From Candidatus Heimdallarchaeota archaeon (GTDB taxonomy: Archaea; Asgardarchaeota; Heimdallarchaeia; Hodarchaeales; Hodarchaeaceae), in contig RDOB01000012.1 in assembly GCA_011364965.1 (NCBI GenBank), forward strand, positions 1 to 48,263: DNA of 48,263 nt, in the 5' to 3' direction. Under the pieces are notes generated by a model that saw nothing but the letters and a program-made list of their open reading frames with translations, had not been told where the DNA came from and made no database searches. The translations under genes and the position numbers were made by a program. Positions 46,201 to 48,263 of this stretch are shown here, in pieces (the stretch's first letter is position 1; each line of letters starts with the position of its first letter).

Positions 46201-48263
46201 ATAGGGTTTAGTATTACCCCAGCTGGTATTACTGATAGTGGAGTGGGGACAAATATGGTACTTTATGAGGTAGATGATGCCACTCCCGATGCTGATGGGG
46301 GTTATAACTCCTCTGATTCACCATTCATCTATCCCATAGATGTTGGAACTTCTGGTAGCTATACCTTTTATGCAAGAGCAGTAGACAAAGTAGGAAATGA
46401 GGGTGTTGTACGGTCAGATATAGGGTATGTCGATGATAGTCCCCCTAGTTTTGACACAATCTCCTTCATTGATGCTGATTTTAATCCCAACTGGTATGAT
46501 CAAGGGGCAAGCGCTTATGCAACACTACAAATTGCATTTTTTGAAACCAATGTTTATTCAATAGATGTTATTTGTACAATCAATCTAATCGATCGAGCTA
46601 CAAACGCAACAGCGGGTCAAACGTCCCCATTCAACTCAATCATCACTCTTTCTTCAGCATTTATTGATGATAGCTATACAATCAATATAACAATAACAGA
46701 TAAAGTGGGTCAAACTGTTACAAATAACACAAATATTATTAAACTTGACAACACCGCACCTTCAATAACAGATGTAATGTCTGATTATTTTGAGGATGCA
46801 GGGGATCTAGGAGATGTATTTGGAGATATAATTAACAATATCTTTTACTTCTCCAATTCATTTTTAACAAGTGCAACAGTTACATTTACTGCGACAGGTG
46901 AAGACAATTTTGATGGATCAGGTGTTCGGGGTATTGATTTTGGTTTATTTGGTGAAGATCCACCTGAGGATCCTTCTGCTCCTTATACGGGGCAATATAT
47001 CATAAATAATGATGATGCAGATGGAACGATCATAGTCACTATTTATGATAATGTTGGGAATTCAAATTCCAGCACAATTACCTGCATTCAAGATGATACA
47101 AATCCAACTATAAGTATTACTAGTGAAGTTGAAAATAGCGATTATCTCTATGTGCTTATTTCTGGTAGTGAGGGTGTATATGGTTCCAAAATGAATAGTA
47201 ACTCGCAGACGTACGTAATCTCGGGAACAGCATTTGATTCAGGCTCAGATTTGAATAATATTTCGGATAATACCGGATTTGGAAATAATCCTTCAAATAC
47301 TGGAACACTTTCAAATTGGGAATTTATTTACTTAATTACTGCAAGCGATAATGGAAATGTTGTAATAACTTATACTGTGACAGATAATGTAGGAAATACC
47401 GCTACAGATGTGTATACGTTTTATGAAGATAATACTAACCCAAGTTTGACTGATGCCATGTCCGCTTATAATGAAGCAGGAGACATAAACGAGGTTCATG
47501 GAGTCATTGTTAACGATTGGTTCTATTTCAGTAATTCTATTCCCTCCAGTGCAACTGTCACCTTCACTGCTACGGGGACTGATGGGTTAGCTGGAGTGTA
47601 TGGAATCGAATTTGGAGCCTTTGGAGCTGATCTTGCGACCAATGACACCAGTGCTCCCTATCAGGGGGTTTATTCCATCACCAATGCTGATAGCTCAGGT
47701 ACAATTACGGTCACTATCTATGATAATGTGGGTAATTATGTCTCTGATACCATTACCTGCACTGAGGATGCTACTAATCCCAGTATTAGCGTAACAGGGG
47801 AGTCAGAAGACAGTGATTATCTTTATGTGCTTACACCGACTAGTGAGGGGATTTATGGCTCTCGAATGGGAACTGGCCAGGTTTATACTATTTATGGGAC
47901 AGCTACAGATTCTAGCTCAGGTTTAGCCTCTGTTGATGATGGAACACCTTTTAACAATCCTGCTAGAGGAGGAACATTAGCAAGCTGGCAATTTACCTAT
48001 TCTATTACTGCCTCGGATGGTGGAACAGTAGTTATCACCTACACTGCCACAGATAATGTGGGAAATACCGCTACAGATGTGTATACGTTTTATGAAGATA
48101 ATACTAATCCAAGCTTGACTGATGCCATGTCTGCGTATGCTGAAGCTGGAGATATTGGCGATGTTTATGCGGTCACAAGTAGTAACTGGTTCTATTTCAG
48201 TAATTCTATTCCCTCCAGTGCAACTGTCACCTTCACTGCTACGGGGACTGATGGGTTAGCTGG
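43273..48263 (+). CDS. Giant secreted/membrane-anchored surface glycoprotein with tandem Ig-like repeats (at least 1663 aa, truncated by window end; not in ORF track)
   Basis: Frame 1 reads open from ATG 43273 (MQKIKRFMILKGLLLAGVFLLLATIPTLA, signal-like) to the end; Asp/Thr/Ser/Gly-rich; repeated D.T.P and D.VGN motifs; many N-x-S/T sequons. Confidence 0.88.
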   Translation, partial: MQKIKRFMILKGLLLAGVFLLLATIPTLARTDNNLYPIYNTFMFNQERQITSGIENQTLKTELGYRVHSITSSKDASKVRFIFSIPDFHFDQLLLRVKLSYNELTTAFIRGGHLHNITVNVYPFELTIIDGVNGSVQVVDAYELYRGTTLTFNFNETAFIEEEYFEVSFSSWNSMSCIKEIQFEQIKFQLHPPEVVTGPAVLFLCSTISLLGLAQVFPQYNRFFTNLILLLFLMLTPLAAIYQIKSIMELLPDREEGVTRFTFFGQVYERRDLGNGYFSLKKIKDLSTAFELKALSGTGAQIVYPIKEISSETNIPHYLESIEDSSNSEPTSLPPPINETASIKPMYPHLGAGEVNISTTNISIRDADSGVIHSKYKFYKFEVIVFDLDGQGDIEYVQLNFTINSFEYSVAYDNRTETFLEVNDHASDHITLDLASPDPLRIGYYLNVTFKIQTDWDLPNADSIALTAWANDTSTNSDSKTSATTYDFNHNIEVASFNVNDQTVNPDTGLFFTGSVYYEGTFLEVPDSEITVVTVFRDSTPSDINIATQNSTEAGFSVTGNSEATVGSYTYYPFVELAGDGTEWNLSATTIGVIVDRVKITDISISNAVYYDGSSTYWDNNDGITDEITITVEAVWERTSIAYTGEVRLGHSGDSDWQTTTGLSFNADENPILGTVKLLTSINVTAAIEGTGNEYGSQIYLDPSLIYWNIGWDNAAPTGGTWTTDYDLDDNTGDGYAPYAGPSGSYDAFYDDTSYTADVSSVSDTGAGIANYSIKSDEQGTYGVTKTNGLDISCTLVEGANSISFRIVDRVGNVYSGTTDLSIYYSSTAIPSGFDIDISGTAVWTLESPSFAYIANPNDITSGILYLGAGGDTQWSITMDNSGTWNAGGAWKVVFEAGWGTSQKVDDTSGDGYTSLLYHSDTGSEPDITIDIVNRNGLVQQIVLTTTADTTGPTLDSITVVGDSLMPGYSDWDQDGIGFSITPAGITDSGVGTNMVLYEVDDATPDADGGYNSSDSPFIYPIDVGTSGSYTFYARAVDKVGNEGVVRSDIGYVDDSPPSFDTISFIDADFNPNWYDQGASAYATLQIAFFETNVYSIDVICTINLIDRATNATAGQTSPFNSIITLSSAFIDDSYTINITITDKVGQTVTNNTNIIKLDNTAPSITDVMSDYFEDAGDLGDVFGDIINNIFYFSNSFLTSATVTFTATGEDNFDGSGVRGIDFGLFGEDPPEDPSAPYTGQYIINNDDADGTIIVTIYDNVGNSNSSTITCIQDDTNPTISITSEVENSDYLYVLISGSEGVYGSKMNSNSQTYVISGTAFDSGSDLNNISDNTGFGNNPSNTGTLSNWEFIYLITASDNGNVVITYTVTDNVGNTATDVYTFYEDNTNPSLTDAMSAYNEAGDINEVHGVIVNDWFYFSNSIPSSATVTFTATGTDGLAGVYGIEFGAFGADLATNDTSAPYQGVYSITNADSSGTITVTIYDNVGNYVSDTITCTEDATNPSISVTGESEDSDYLYVLTPTSEGIYGSRMGTGQVYTIYGTATDSSSGLASVDDGTPFNNPARGGTLASWQFTYSITASDGGTVVITYTATDNVGNTATDVYTFYEDNTNPSLTDAMSAYAEAGDIGDVYAVTSSNWFYFSNSIPSSATVTFTATGTDGLA
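46747..48263 (+). repeat. Intragenic tandem repeat, period ~669-681 nt (two Ig-like domains per unit)
   Basis: GCTACAGATGTGTATACG at 47401 and 48070 (669 apart); 47518-47594 is identical to 48187-48263; an older, diverged copy starts near 46747. Confidence 0.9.

Noticed and set aside
1013-47794. Short ORFs in the track overlapping long genes (e.g. 1315..1665, 2674..2991, 5535..5852, 8183..8506, 13628..13855, 26614..27042, 35043..35285, 43695..43973, 45824..46057, 47600..47794)
   Set aside because: They are antisense or off-frame shadows of well-supported CDSs and have no motifs.

Overview
AT-rich, gene-dense archaeal DNA, standard code. It is most likely from an Asgard archaeon (Heimdallarchaeia-like), inferred from Rag/Gtr-type small GTPases with roadblock tails, longin/uDENN-like and gelsolin-like domains, an IPGY-type C-terminal anchor, and archaeal TrpRS, ABCE1 and ThiR. 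I found no rRNA, tRNA, CRISPR array or mobile element. The most unusual part is 9.8-25.6 kb. It holds (i) an operon of two intact Rag-like GTPases, a motif-degenerate pseudo-GTPase and a longin/uDENN-gelsolin-like fusion, and (ii) a third intact Rag-like GTPase converging on a four-gene cluster (longin-X, longin-X, CBS, FrhB-X). In that cluster an F420-dehydrogenase beta-type redox protein and two longin/uDENN-like proteins all end in the same unannotated ~95-aa beta-rich domain X. The cluster is divergent from an NfnAB/SudBA pair whose small subunit is fused to a CxxC-less thioredoxin-reductase domain. Together these suggest a redox/energy-sensing GTPase signalling module (inference). The rest includes a MacB/LolD-type ABC system, a structured trpS leader with a Trp-containing uORF, MEMO1, a degenerate PfkB, adenine deaminase, a DinG/XPD helicase, a thiamine ABC/ThiR locus with a perfect palindrome, and the 5' part of a giant repeat-rich surface protein that is missing from the ORF track. 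All domain calls are by eye from motifs; no searches were run.
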